Assembly (NCBI RefSeq): GCF_988243305.1
Contig: NZ_OZ547136.1
DNA length: 64,000 nucleotides
Strand: one strand, 5' to 3'
Positions within the stretch are counted from its first letter, which is position 1; every line of letters begins with the position of its first letter. A program made the translations under genes and the position numbers. The notes below the pieces were generated by a model that was not told where the DNA came from, made no database searches, and saw only the letters and a list, made by a program, of their open reading frames with translations. This document shows, one piece after another, positions 24,186 to 34,425 of the stretch.

Positions 24186-25610
24186 ATGCAACATAAGTTA
24201 CTGATTAACGGAGAACTGGTTAGCGGCGAAGGGGAAAAACAGCCTGTCTATAATCCGGCAACGGGGGACGTTTTACTAGAGATTGCCGAGGCATCCGCAG
24301 AACAGGTGGATGCTGCTGTTCGCGCGGCAGATGCAGCATTTGCCGAATGGGGGCAAACCACGCCGAAAGCGCGTGCGGAATGCCTGCTGAAACTGGCTGA
24401 TGTTATCGAAGAAAATGGTCAGGTTTTAGCCGAACTGGAGTCCCGTAACTGTGGCAAACCGCTGCATAGTGCGTTCAATGATGAAATCCCGGCGATTGTC
24501 GATGTCTTTCGCTTTTTCGCCGGAGCAGCTCGCTGCCTGAATGGTCTGGCGGCAGGTGAATATCTTGAAGGTCATACTTCGATGATCCGTCGCGATCCGT
24601 TGGGGGTCGTGGCTTCTATCGCACCGTGGAATTATCCGCTGATGATGGCTGCGTGGAAACTGGCTCCGGCGCTGGCGGCAGGGAACTGCGTAGTGCTTAA
24701 ACCATCAGAAATTACCCCGCTGACAGCGTTGAAGTTGGCAGAGCTGGCGAAAGATATCTTCCCGGCTGGCGTGATTAATGTACTGTTTGGCAGAGGCAAA
24801 ACGGTGGGCGATCCGCTGACCGGTCATCCCAAAGTGCGGATGGTGTCGCTGACGGGCTCTATCGCCACTGGGGAACACATCATCAGCCATACCGCGCCGT
24901 CCATAAAGCGTACTCATATGGAACTTGGTGGCAAAGCGCCAGTGATAGTTTTTGATGATGCGGATATTGAAGCGGTGGTCGAAGGTGTACGTACTTTTGG
25001 CTATTACAATGCCGGACAGGATTGTACAGCGGCTTGTCGGATCTATGCGCAAAAAGGCATTTACGATACGCTGGTGGAAAAAATGGGTGCTGCAGTGGCA
25101 ACGTTAAAATCGGGTGCGCCGGATGACGACTCTACGGAGCTTGGACCTTTAAGTTCGCTGGCGCATCTCGAACGCGTCAGCAAGGCGGTAGAAGAGGCGA
25201 AAGCGACAGGGCACATCAAAGTGATCACTGGCGGTGAAAAGCGCAAGGGTAATGGCTATTACTATGCGCCAACGCTACTGGCTGGCGCATTACAGGACGA
25301 TGCCATCGTGCAAAAAGAGGTATTTGGTCCGGTAGTGAGTGTTACGCTCTTCGACAATGAAGAACAGGTGGTAAACTGGGCAAATGACAGCCAGTACGGA
25401 CTTGCATCCTCGGTATGGACGAAAGATGTGGGCAGGGCGCATCGCGTCAGCGCACGGCTGCAATATGGTTGTACCTGGGTCAATACCCATTTCATGCTGG
25501 TAAGTGAAATGCCGCACGGTGGGCAGAAACTTTCTGGTTACGGCAAGGATATGTCACTTTATGGGCTGGAGGATTACACCGTCGTCCGCCACGTCATGGT
25601 TAAACATTAA
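24186..25610 (+). CDS. patD: gamma-aminobutyraldehyde dehydrogenase
   Basis: 474-aa aldehyde dehydrogenase-family ORF (ELGGKAP; catalytic Cys in GQDCTA context). Confidence 0.9.
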   Translation: MQHKLLINGELVSGEGEKQPVYNPATGDVLLEIAEASAEQVDAAVRAADAAFAEWGQTTPKARAECLLKLADVIEENGQVLAELESRNCGKPLHSAFNDEIPAIVDVFRFFAGAARCLNGLAAGEYLEGHTSMIRRDPLGVVASIAPWNYPLMMAAWKLAPALAAGNCVVLKPSEITPLTALKLAELAKDIFPAGVINVLFGRGKTVGDPLTGHPKVRMVSLTGSIATGEHIISHTAPSIKRTHMELGGKAPVIVFDDADIEAVVEGVRTFGYYNAGQDCTAACRIYAQKGIYDTLVEKMGAAVATLKSGAPDDDSTELGPLSSLAHLERVSKAVEEAKATGHIKVITGGEKRKGNGYYYAPTLLAGALQDDAIVQKEVFGPVVSVTLFDNEEQVVNWANDSQYGLASSVWTKDVGRAHRVSARLQYGCTWVNTHFMLVSEMPHGGQKLSGYGKDMSLYGLEDYTVVRHVMVKH

Positions 25611-25832
25611 GTTAAATGTTAGTGGCTGTTATAGGGCGGCCACTATCGTTTTAGGTTCTGAGTGTAATGGTGATTAAGTATCAGAATGATTACATTAATA
25701 ACTAGCGGAAAAATTAGGCAGTTATTATGATCTAAATGTATGTTGGTGATTTTTCATCCTGTCATAGTTGATTCGCATAAGGCTTTAGAGTATCGTTATT
25801 AACCTAATAATTTATAAGTAGAAGTATTAACA

Positions 25833-26642
25833 ATGAAAGTTCAATTGTATAAATTCACGGAAGATAAAAATAAAACCCTTACCTTCAGGTGGACGAAAAA
25901 ACACTTTGAGTTTTGTATGGATAATAAAATCTTTTTAAATCATAAGGGGAAGAAGTCGTATAAAGAAAGAAATTTATTTCTTTTCTCAAAAGGTGACAAG
26001 ATAACAATTGAAGATAATGTTATTGCTGAAGAATATTCAACAATGCCTGTAAAAAATTTCTCCAGTGTCGGCGCTTTTTCATTCCCGACCTGTCATTTTA
26101 CAGGGAATATACATATAGGTCGATTTTGTAGTATTGCATCAAATGTAAAAATAATGGGTGGAAATCATCCTTTGAATCGTTTTACTACTCACATGATGAC
26201 TTATAACGGTGAATTTGATAAGTTTGCTAAGAGTGAGTTTGAACGTAGCTGGACATTGAAACCATTCATTACCAAACCTGAAAATCCGATTATAGGAAAT
26301 GATGTCTGGATAGGAAATGATGTTGTACTGAAAGGTGGCATCGCAATAGGTGATGGTGCTGTTATTGCTGCCAATTCCGTTGTTACCAAAGATGTGCCCC
26401 CATATGCCATAGTTGCAGGAGTTCCTGCAAAAATAATCAGATTTAGATTTGATTCAAATGTTATTGATGAATTGTTGAGAATAAAGTGGTGGAATTATAA
26501 TTACTCAGATCTTCCGGATAATAACAAATGTGATGATATAAATTATTTTGTTGAAGAGATGAATCGATTGATATCAAATGGAAATATTCAAGAGATGGAC
26601 TATAAAAAATTCAATCTTTCTGAGATATTTAGAGACCTATAA
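25833..26642 (+). CDS. xenobiotic acetyltransferase (XAT class, Vat/CatB-like hexapeptide-repeat)
   Basis: C-terminal 200 aa closely parallels streptogramin and chloramphenicol acetyltransferases (IGNDVWIGNDVVLKGGIAIGDGAVIAANSVVTKDVPPYAIVAGVPAKIIRFRF...IKWWNY); true start may be internal; AT-rich gene. Confidence 0.75.
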   Translation: MKVQLYKFTEDKNKTLTFRWTKKHFEFCMDNKIFLNHKGKKSYKERNLFLFSKGDKITIEDNVIAEEYSTMPVKNFSSVGAFSFPTCHFTGNIHIGRFCSIASNVKIMGGNHPLNRFTTHMMTYNGEFDKFAKSEFERSWTLKPFITKPENPIIGNDVWIGNDVVLKGGIAIGDGAVIAANSVVTKDVPPYAIVAGVPAKIIRFRFDSNVIDELLRIKWWNYNYSDLPDNNKCDDINYFVEEMNRLISNGNIQEMDYKKFNLSEIFRDL

Positions 26643-27043
26643 TTATCTGTTCTGCATTATAAATGGGCAAGATAACCAGTGCGGGGTTTGCAATTTCAAT
26701 GGGACAGCGTCATCAAGGAGGTTGCAATCATCCTGCCATGCATATACTTTACGCCATCTTTTTATATTTACTTTATTCCCTGAAAGTATAAAGCATTTAT
26801 AGACTCCCGCGCGTCTAAAGTATTGATGATAGAAAAATGTGAAAACAAGGTTCCCTTTGAATCAGTAAGCTGTCTGTATAGACGACAGGAGGGGGATGTT
26901 TTCTACTTATTTCAATGTAGATGTCAGGAAAAAGAAGTAAATATTAAGGATAATGTTGTAAACCTGGAGAGTATGAGATGATCTTGCGAACTGTCAGAGC
27001 ACTGATTTCTCTGACAGTACGTGCTGCGTGCAAAATCACTACA

Positions 27044-27139
27044 TCAAATAAACCAGCCAAATCTCATAGAGATAAGAGTAAACAAACCAACAGCAGCAAA
27101 GACATTTATCAGTACTACAGTTCTACTGGAAACATTCAT
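27044..27139 (-). CDS. yncL: small membrane protein YncL (31 aa)
   Basis: Hand-translated minus-strand ORF MNVSSRTVVLINVFAAVGLFTLISMRFGWFI; single TM helix. Confidence 0.75.
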   Translation of the reverse strand: MNVSSRTVVLINVFAAVGLFTLISMRFGWFI

Positions 27140-27333
27140 TTTTGCCACCTTTTATCATTGCCCCTATGTGTATAGTACGGGTTAAGAAAATCCGCAATAA
27201 TACTCATTCTGAAGATGGATAAGGGCAAGTTGCTGTTTGATGATTTTTTCTCAAACTGGTGAAAAAACTTGATGCACGTCAAAAAATGACGCATATTTGC
27301 GCGCGTTTTATTCATCTGGCTGGACGCCCGTAC

Positions 27334-27507
27334 ATGTCTCTCTATCAACACATGCTTGTTTTTTATGCGGTCATGGCAGCAATCGCATTTCTTATCACCT
27401 GGTTTCTTTCTCACGATAAGAAACGCATCCGTTTCTTAAGCGCCTTTCTGGTGGGGGCAACATGGCCGATGAGTTTCCCGGTGGCGCTGTTGTTTTCACT
27501 GTTTTAA
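27334..27507 (+). CDS. ortT: orphan toxin OrtT (57 aa)
   Basis: ORF call 27259 trimmed to internal ATG 27334: MSLYQHMLVFYAVMAAIAFLITWFLSHDKKRIRFLSAFLVGATWPMSFPVALLFSLF. Confidence 0.85.
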   Translation: MSLYQHMLVFYAVMAAIAFLITWFLSHDKKRIRFLSAFLVGATWPMSFPVALLFSLF

Positions 27508-27592
27508 ATCTTACTCACTGGCTTGACGGCACCACGCAGACTTATATCATTTGGATGAATCGATAAATTTCACAAGTGGCTAAGGAGAAAGT

Positions 27593-27826
27593 ATGTCGCA
27601 TCTGGATGAAGTCATCGCGCGCGTGGATGCCGCGATTGAAGAGAGCGTCATTGCCCATATGAACGAATTATTAATCGCCCTGAGCGATGATGCGGAGTTA
27701 AGTCGGGAAGATCGCTATACCCAGCAGCAGCGTCTGCGCACAGCGATCGCCCATCACGGTCGCAAGCATAAAGAAGATATGGAAGCGCGCCACGAACAGT
27801 TAACCAAAGGCGGCACCATCCTCTGA
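27593..27826 (+). CDS. ydcY: small protein YdcY
   Basis: 77-aa ORF with AAGGAG upstream. Confidence 0.85.
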   Translation: MSHLDEVIARVDAAIEESVIAHMNELLIALSDDAELSREDRYTQQQRLRTAIAHHGRKHKEDMEARHEQLTKGGTIL

Positions 27827-28276
27827 TTAAAATGAGCGTCTGGCTACCAACCAGGCGCCAACCACAAGTAAAATTGCGCCACAAATTGGGCCGAACAACG
27901 CCCGTAGTGGTACGCCATGACTGCGGAAGATATCCAGCATCAGACCGCCAATTAGCTGGCTGGCGACCAGTACTGCAATAGTTGTCGCCGCTCCCACATT
28001 CTGATATCCGCTGATACTGGCGAAGACAAAAAACGATCCCAGCAAGCCAGGAATCAGTGTCCACCAACGCACGCTGGACACCAGTTCGCCAAACCCCGCC
28101 ATGCCTTGTTTAAACCATAAAATAGAAACAAAGAGCACAATCCCCACCAGTGAGTTCAGCAACATGGCGATGAGAATGGTAGAGGAGGTCTGGGTGATGC
28201 GCACCATCAGCGTGTTCTGGACTACCAGACCAATTCCGGCGGCAATCAAAAAAGCAAGGGTGAGCGACTGATTCAT
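27827..28276 (-). CDS. ydcZ: DMT-superfamily inner-membrane protein YdcZ
   Basis: 149-aa multi-TM ORF. Confidence 0.85.
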   Translation of the reverse strand: MNQSLTLAFLIAAGIGLVVQNTLMVRITQTSSTILIAMLLNSLVGIVLFVSILWFKQGMAGFGELVSSVRWWTLIPGLLGSFFVFASISGYQNVGAATTIAVLVASQLIGGLMLDIFRSHGVPLRALFGPICGAILLVVGAWLVARRSF

Positions 28277-28791
28277 CCAATCGCGTCCGGTTCAGTGCGT
28301 TCGTCGAGTTGCAACTGCATAAATGTCAGATCCAGCCAGCGCCCAAATTTAGTGCCCACCTGCGGCATTTGTGCGGTGGCGACAAATCCCAGCGAATGGT
28401 GCAGATGCAGCGAGGCCTGATTTTGCGATTCGATCCCGGCGACCATGACATGCTTCCCGCTATCCCGCGCTTCATCAATCAATCGGCTTAACAATTTACG
28501 CCCCAGACCTTTGCCCTGATGATCGGGATGGACATAAACCGAATGTTCCACGGTATGGCGAAAACCATCGAAACTACGCCAGTCGCCAAACGAGGCATAT
28601 CCTGTAACGACGCCATCTTCTTCACTCACCAGCACCGGATAACCTGCTATGGTCCGCGCTTCAAACCAGGCAATGCGGTTATATGCATCCACCGTTTGGT
28701 CATTCCAGATAGCCGCCGTATACAACACGGCGTGGTTATAAATTTCCGCAATGGCAGCACAGTCGGCTTTGCGGGCAAAACGGATGGACAT
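28273..28791 (-). CDS. mnaT: L-amino acid N-acyltransferase (GNAT)
   Basis: 172-aa GNAT-fold ORF; ATGA overlap with ydcZ. Confidence 0.85.
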   Translation of the reverse strand: MSIRFARKADCAAIAEIYNHAVLYTAAIWNDQTVDAYNRIAWFEARTIAGYPVLVSEEDGVVTGYASFGDWRSFDGFRHTVEHSVYVHPDHQGKGLGRKLLSRLIDEARDSGKHVMVAGIESQNQASLHLHHSLGFVATAQMPQVGTKFGRWLDLTFMQLQLDERTEPDAIG

Positions 28792-28971
28792 GTCTGGCCT
28801 CGATTAAATAATGATGATGACGTTATCAATACTATCGAAAACAGCCCGAAGCAACGGATTCCTCGATGAAATTATTGCGTGTTGCAGAGGGGATGTGACG
28901 GCTGCAAACAAAACCAATCCCGTGAGCCTGCTACTATTGATCGATTCATGCCAAAAGCACAGGAGAGCATT

Positions 28972-30009
28972 ATGGGGCAACAAAAACAGCGTAATCGACG
29001 TTGGGTTCTGGCCTCGCGTCCGCATGGCGCGCCGGTTCCGGAGAATTTCCGTCTTGAAGAAGATGATATCGCCACACCGGGTGAAGGACAGGTGTTACTG
29101 CGCACAGTTTATTTGTCACTGGACCCGTATATGCGTGGACGTATGAGCGATGAGCCATCTTATTCACCGCCGGTTGATATTGGCGGCGTGATGGTCGGCG
29201 GCACGGTGAGCCGTGTCGTGGAGTCGAATCATCCTGATTATCAGCCTGGCGACTGGGTGCTGGGCTACAGTGGATGGCAGGACTATGACATATCCAGTGG
29301 TGATGATCTGGTGAAACTTGGCGATCATCCGCAAAATCCATCGTGGTCGCTGGGTGTGCTGGGGATGCCAGGCTTTACCGCTTATATGGGGCTGCTGGAT
29401 ATCGGTCAGCCCAAAGAGGGCGAAACGCTGGTGGTAGCTGCGGCGACAGGACCAGTGGGGGCGACGGTGGGTCAAATCGGCAAACTTAAAGGTTGCAGGG
29501 TGGTGGGGATAGCCGGTGGCGCGGAAAAATGCCGCCATGCTACCGAGGTGTTAGGCTTTGATGTTTGTCTTGACCATCACGCGGATGATTTTGCCGAACA
29601 ACTGGCGAAAGCGTGCCCAAAAGGCGTTGATATCTATTATGAAAACGTGGGCGGTAAAGTATTTGATGCGGTGCTACCGTTACTTAATACATCTGCGCGC
29701 ATTCCCGTCTGCGGCTTAGTGAGCAGCTATAACGCTACAGAGCTACCACCCGGCCCGGATCGTTTACCTCTGCTGATGGCTACGGTGCTGAAAAAACGTA
29801 TTCGCTTGCAAGGATTTATTATCGCTCAGGATTATGGTCACCGCATCCATGAGTTTCAGAAGGAGATGGGGCAATGGGTGAAAGAGGATAAAATCCACTA
29901 CCGCGAAGAAATTACTGACGGTTTAGAGAATGCGCCACAGACATTTATCGGCCTGCTGAAGGGTAAAAACTTCGGCAAAGTGGTGATCCGCGTGGCGGGT
30001 GATGATTAA
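28972..30009 (+). CDS. curA: NADPH-dependent curcumin/dihydrocurcumin reductase
   Basis: ORF call 28879 trimmed to ATG 28972 (MGQQKQRNRRWVLASRPHG...) with AGGAGA upstream, giving 345 aa; medium-chain dehydrogenase fold. Confidence 0.88.
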   Translation: MGQQKQRNRRWVLASRPHGAPVPENFRLEEDDIATPGEGQVLLRTVYLSLDPYMRGRMSDEPSYSPPVDIGGVMVGGTVSRVVESNHPDYQPGDWVLGYSGWQDYDISSGDDLVKLGDHPQNPSWSLGVLGMPGFTAYMGLLDIGQPKEGETLVVAAATGPVGATVGQIGKLKGCRVVGIAGGAEKCRHATEVLGFDVCLDHHADDFAEQLAKACPKGVDIYYENVGGKVFDAVLPLLNTSARIPVCGLVSSYNATELPPGPDRLPLLMATVLKKRIRLQGFIIAQDYGHRIHEFQKEMGQWVKEDKIHYREEITDGLENAPQTFIGLLKGKNFGKVVIRVAGDD

Positions 30010-30206
30010 AGATACGACGGCGGCGTAAGCCGCCATAAAAATCCAGGCAAAAAGCTTATTTTCAGCTTTAATTAACTAACCACGTCATTGTTCTGCTGCT
30101 AATAACAATAAAGGTGAGTGGTTTATGATTATTCACTTTAATACCCCAGGTGAACTCCTTCTGCCATGCAGGCAGGGTTGGACAGAAAACACGCGAAGGA
30201 ATTAAA

Positions 30207-30872
30207 ATGCCTGGAACGGAAAAAATGAAACATGTCAGTTTGACTCTGCAGGTTGAGAATGACCTGAAACATCAGCTTAGTATTGGCGCACTAAAACCTG
30301 GCGCACGCCTGATTACTAAAAATCTGGCGGAGCAATTAGGTATGAGTATTACACCTGTGCGTGAAGCATTATTACGTCTGGTTTCGGTGAATGCGCTTTC
30401 TATCGCACCAGCGCAAGCATTTACAGTTCCGGAAGTGGGGAAACGTCAATTAGACGAAATCAATCGGATCCGCTACGAGCTGGAATTAATGGCAGTTACT
30501 CTGGCTGTTGAAAATCTCACCCCGCAAGACCTGGCGGAACTCGAGGAATTGCTCGAGAAATTACAGCAGGCGCAAGAAAAGGGCGACATGGAACAAATCA
30601 TTAATGCGAACAGGCTATTTCGCTTAGCGATTTATCATCGTTCAAATATGCCCATCCTGTGTGAGATGATTGAGCAACTGTGGGTCAGGATGGGACCTGG
30701 TTTACATTATCTCTATGAAGCGATTAATCCAGCGGAATTACGGGAGCGTATAGAAAACTATCGTCTATTACTCGCCGCGTTAAAAGCAAAAGACAAAGAG
30801 GGATGCAGACATTGTCTTGCTGAAATTATGCAACAAAATATTGCTATTTTATACCAGCAATACAATCGTTAA
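30207..30872 (+). CDS. mcbR: GntR/FadR-family transcriptional regulator
   Basis: ORF call 30150 trimmed to Met-20 (MPGTEKMKHVSL...) giving 221 aa. Confidence 0.8.
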   Translation: MPGTEKMKHVSLTLQVENDLKHQLSIGALKPGARLITKNLAEQLGMSITPVREALLRLVSVNALSIAPAQAFTVPEVGKRQLDEINRIRYELELMAVTLAVENLTPQDLAELEELLEKLQQAQEKGDMEQIINANRLFRLAIYHRSNMPILCEMIEQLWVRMGPGLHYLYEAINPAELRERIENYRLLLAALKAKDKEGCRHCLAEIMQQNIAILYQQYNR

Positions 30873-30907
30873 AGTAAATGCCCGGCAAATACCGGGCATC
30901 AAGGTAA

Positions 30908-33010
30908 TTACTCAAATCGCCATGCAATATTCATGCCGACACCATAATTTCGCCCGGGCGCAGGCTCGTAATATCGCCCGTTTGACTCATTGACAATGAC
31001 AGAACCAACGTATTCTTTATCGAATAAATTATCGACACGACCAAATAAATCCACAGTTAAATTGTGGTAATTGTATTTATACCCGGTGAATAAGCCGACG
31101 AGAGTATAAGACGGCGCTTTGGCCGTATTTTCATCATCTGCCATAATATCGCCCATATAACGCGCTTCCGTACCTGCATACCAGCCATCTTCCGGTACAT
31201 AACCTATCGACGCAAAGCCCATATTACGGGCGATCCCTGGCATCCGATTACCGTTACAATCCTGTTCATTGCAAACATTGCTGCGATAGGTCGCATCGAG
31301 CCAGGTCCAGGACGCTTTTACACGAAAATCTCCCGCGAAACGTTGATCCCATGCCAGCTCAGCGCCTTGACGACGGGTCTTTCCGGCATTTTTGTAAGTC
31401 GTACGCCCACCGCTACTGCTATCGACTACAATTTCATCATCGGTGTCGGTCTGGAACAATGCGAGACTAAGCAGCCCATCACCAATACGCGTTTTACTGC
31501 CGATCTCAATTGTATCGTTGGTGGATGGTTTTAAACCAAAGTTCATACCGCTTTGACCGTCAGCACGATAAGACAGCTCATTAATCGTCGGCGTTTCAAA
31601 ACCTCGCCCGGCTGCCAGATAGATATTCCAGGCATCGGTCATTGCATATTTTAACGAACCGGCAGGTAGCCATTTGTGATAACTGGCATCACCGCTGTCA
31701 TCGCCGTTACCCGAAGTAACGTAATGGTCGTTGGAATCAAACCATACGGAGCTGTAGCGCACGCCAGCATCCAGCGACAGTTTTTCGCTCAGCTGCCACT
31801 GTGTCTGCAAATAGGGATCGACGTTCCACATCAGATTGCGTTCGTCACGGCGCAACTCACCTTTTTGCCCGTATTCCGGCACGCCGCTATTCAGGCGGAA
31901 GTTATTGTAGCCTTTGCGATTTTCACTCATGTTTTCGTAGTTCAGGCCGGTAGTGAACGTGAGCGGAACGCCCAGCTCGCCACGGTGTGTCCAGCGGCTG
32001 TCTATCCCCTGATAATGGCGTTGCAGAGTAATCACGCCGCCCGCATGCGACGGGTTAAGTTGTGGTGCCATCGGGATTGACTGGTACTGGGTCGTTTCTC
32101 GCTCCCCGGCATACATCATCACACTCATATCATCTTGTGCGCTCAGGCTACGTTCATAGCGCAACCCAGCCTGAGTTTGCTTGATGGTTTTTCGCGTGTC
32201 GTACTGTTCAGCGCGTGGCGCTTGTTGCGGATTCGCCTTCCATTCTGCTTCGGTTAGCCCACCTGGGTCATCTGCTTTGATATCCACACTATTGAAAATC
32301 AGGCTTAATTTGCTGGCGTCATCAATGCGTACGCCCAGTTTGGCATTGGCTAAATTTTTCTGTGCGCCACTATGATCACGATAGCCGTGGGTCGTAAAGC
32401 GCGTGGTTGAGACGGTGTAATCGACATCGCCAGGCTGAGTGCCGTCGCCCATTGCGCCTGTTGCTTTCAGCCCATAGCGCCAGCTGCCAAAACTGCCGTA
32501 GTAACTACTGGCTTCAATGGTTGGTGGCTGTTGTCCGGTCTGGGTGATGACATTCATTACACCGCCAGACGCGTTGCCATACAGAGCAGAGAAGGGGCCG
32601 CGCAGCACTTCCACATTTTGTACACTGCTTAAATCGATGTTGGATGTTTGCCCTTGTCCGTCGGGCATGGTGGCGGGAATACCGTCCACATACAGGCGAA
32701 TACCGCGAATTCCGTAAGTGGAGCGGGAGCCAAATCCGCGAATCGACAGCTGTAAATCTTGCGCATAGTTCTGCCGGTTTTGTACCTGCAAACCAGGCAC
32801 GCTGGTCAGTGATTCGGACAAGTTAATGCGCGGTGTTGCCAGGCGCATCTCCTCGCCATCCACCACGCTCACGGCTGCTGGGGTATCCAGTTCTGAAACC
32901 ACCTGCGGTGCGGCACTGACAATCATGGCCTGTTCATCAGCGGCAAAAACAACGGGGGAAAGGACAAGCAGTGCGGGCAAAACGGTCTGTCGGACGGAAA
33001 AAATCTTCAT
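30908..33010 (-). CDS. yncD: TonB-dependent outer-membrane receptor
   Basis: ORF call trimmed to Met at 33010 (MKIFSVRQTVLPALLVLSPVVFA signal peptide) giving 700 aa; C-terminal ...NIAWRFE beta-barrel terminus. Confidence 0.88.
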   Translation of the reverse strand: MKIFSVRQTVLPALLVLSPVVFAADEQAMIVSAAPQVVSELDTPAAVSVVDGEEMRLATPRINLSESLTSVPGLQVQNRQNYAQDLQLSIRGFGSRSTYGIRGIRLYVDGIPATMPDGQGQTSNIDLSSVQNVEVLRGPFSALYGNASGGVMNVITQTGQQPPTIEASSYYGSFGSWRYGLKATGAMGDGTQPGDVDYTVSTTRFTTHGYRDHSGAQKNLANAKLGVRIDDASKLSLIFNSVDIKADDPGGLTEAEWKANPQQAPRAEQYDTRKTIKQTQAGLRYERSLSAQDDMSVMMYAGERETTQYQSIPMAPQLNPSHAGGVITLQRHYQGIDSRWTHRGELGVPLTFTTGLNYENMSENRKGYNNFRLNSGVPEYGQKGELRRDERNLMWNVDPYLQTQWQLSEKLSLDAGVRYSSVWFDSNDHYVTSGNGDDSGDASYHKWLPAGSLKYAMTDAWNIYLAAGRGFETPTINELSYRADGQSGMNFGLKPSTNDTIEIGSKTRIGDGLLSLALFQTDTDDEIVVDSSSGGRTTYKNAGKTRRQGAELAWDQRFAGDFRVKASWTWLDATYRSNVCNEQDCNGNRMPGIARNMGFASIGYVPEDGWYAGTEARYMGDIMADDENTAKAPSYTLVGLFTGYKYNYHNLTVDLFGRVDNLFDKEYVGSVIVNESNGRYYEPAPGRNYGVGMNIAWRFE

Positions 33011-33251
33011 GAAAAAAGCCAGGTTAAGAATGGGAAAACGCCGCCATGGTAATAAAATTGTAAATATATGGAAAACGAAACGGCACGATACGTTAAGTAA
33101 TTGAGAAAATTGTAGTCGTAACGGCAAGAAATGCTCCACATTTGAGAAAATAATGATTACCATTCCCATTTATAACAAGAGCGTAACGATGATTACGCTT
33201 AGCGAAGCATTGTGAAGCAGCAAAAATATCGGTTCATCAAAGGGAGTCGTC

Positions 33252-34313
33252 ATGCATTTACGTCATCTGTTTTCATCGCGCCTGCGTGGTTCATTACTGT
33301 TAGGTTCATTGCTTGTTGCTTCATCATTCAGTACGCAGGCTGCAGAAGAAATGCTGCGTAAAGCGGTAGGTAAAGGTGCCTACGAAATGGCTTATAGCCA
33401 GCAGGAGAACGCGCTGTGGCTCGCCACTTCGCAAAGCCGCAAACTGGATAAAGGCGGCGTGGTTTATCGTCTTGATCCGGTTACTCTGGAAGTGACGCAG
33501 GCGATCCATAACGATCTCAAGCCGTTTGGTGCCACCATCAATAACACGACTCAGACGTTGTGGTTTGGTAACACTGTAAACAGCGCGGTCACGGCGATAG
33601 ATGCCAAAACGGGCGAAGTGAAAGGCCGTCTGGTGCTGGATGATCGTAAGCGCACGGAAGAGGTGCGCCCGCTGCAACCGCGTGAGCTGGTAGCTGATGA
33701 TGCCACGAACACCGTTTACATCAGTGGTATTGGTAAAGAGAGCGTGATTTGGGTCGTTGATGGCGAGAATATCAAACTGAAAACCGCCATCCAGAACACC
33801 GGTAAAATGAGTACCGGTCTGGCGCTGGATAGCAAAGGCAAACGTCTTTACACCACTAACGCTGACGGCGAATTGATTACCATCGACACCGCCGACAATA
33901 AAATCCTCAGCCGTAAAAAGCTGCTGGATGACGGCAAAGAGCACTTCTTTATCAACATTAGCCTTGATACCGCCAGGCAGCGTGCATTTATCACCGATTC
34001 TAAAGCCGCAGAAGTGTTAGTGGTCGATACCCGTAATGGCAATATTCTGTCGAAGGTTGCGGCACCGGAATCACTGGCTGTGCTGTTTAACCCGGCGCGT
34101 AATGAAGCCTACGTAACGCATCGTCAGGCAGGTAAAGTCAGTGTGATTGACGCGAAAAGCTATAAAGTGGTGAAAACGTTCGATACGCCGACTCATCCGA
34201 ACAGCCTGGCGCTGTCTGCCGATGGCAAAACGCTGTATGTCAGTGTGAAACAAAAATCCACTAAACAGCAGGAAGCTACCCAGCCGGACGATGTGATTCG
34301 TATTGCGCTGTAA
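33252..34313 (+). CDS. yncE: beta-propeller protein YncE (signal peptide)
   Basis: 353-aa ORF with signal peptide and repeated propeller blades. Confidence 0.88.
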   Translation: MHLRHLFSSRLRGSLLLGSLLVASSFSTQAAEEMLRKAVGKGAYEMAYSQQENALWLATSQSRKLDKGGVVYRLDPVTLEVTQAIHNDLKPFGATINNTTQTLWFGNTVNSAVTAIDAKTGEVKGRLVLDDRKRTEEVRPLQPRELVADDATNTVYISGIGKESVIWVVDGENIKLKTAIQNTGKMSTGLALDSKGKRLYTTNADGELITIDTADNKILSRKKLLDDGKEHFFINISLDTARQRAFITDSKAAEVLVVDTRNGNILSKVAAPESLAVLFNPARNEAYVTHRQAGKVSVIDAKSYKVVKTFDTPTHPNSLALSADGKTLYVSVKQKSTKQQEATQPDDVIRIAL

Positions 34314-34394
34314 TAGATATGGCGAGGGTGAAAACGGAGAGACTTGCCTGACTTTTATCACGCCGTATCCGGCACCTTCGTCAGTAATTTGAAT

Positions 34395-34422
34395 TTGCCC
34401 GGCACGTAGCCGGGCAATTTTG
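34395..34422 (+). terminator. rho-independent terminator after yncE
   Basis: TTGCCCGGC-ACGTA-GCCGGGCAA hairpin followed by TTTT; lies between convergent yncE and ansP. Confidence 0.7.
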
Positions 34423-34425
34423 CAA

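Noticed and set aside
26978-27175. 65-aa plus-strand ORF MILRTVRALISLTV...
   Set aside because: Overlaps on the opposite strand the hand-translated 31-aa yncL reading frame, which matches a known small membrane protein; the plus-strand ORF has no supporting features.
30878-30899. Palindrome ATGCCCGG-CAAATA-CCGGGCAT between convergent mcbR and yncD
   Set aside because: Good 8-bp stem but no flanking U-tract on either strand; could be a bidirectional terminator or a protein-binding site, not confidently either.
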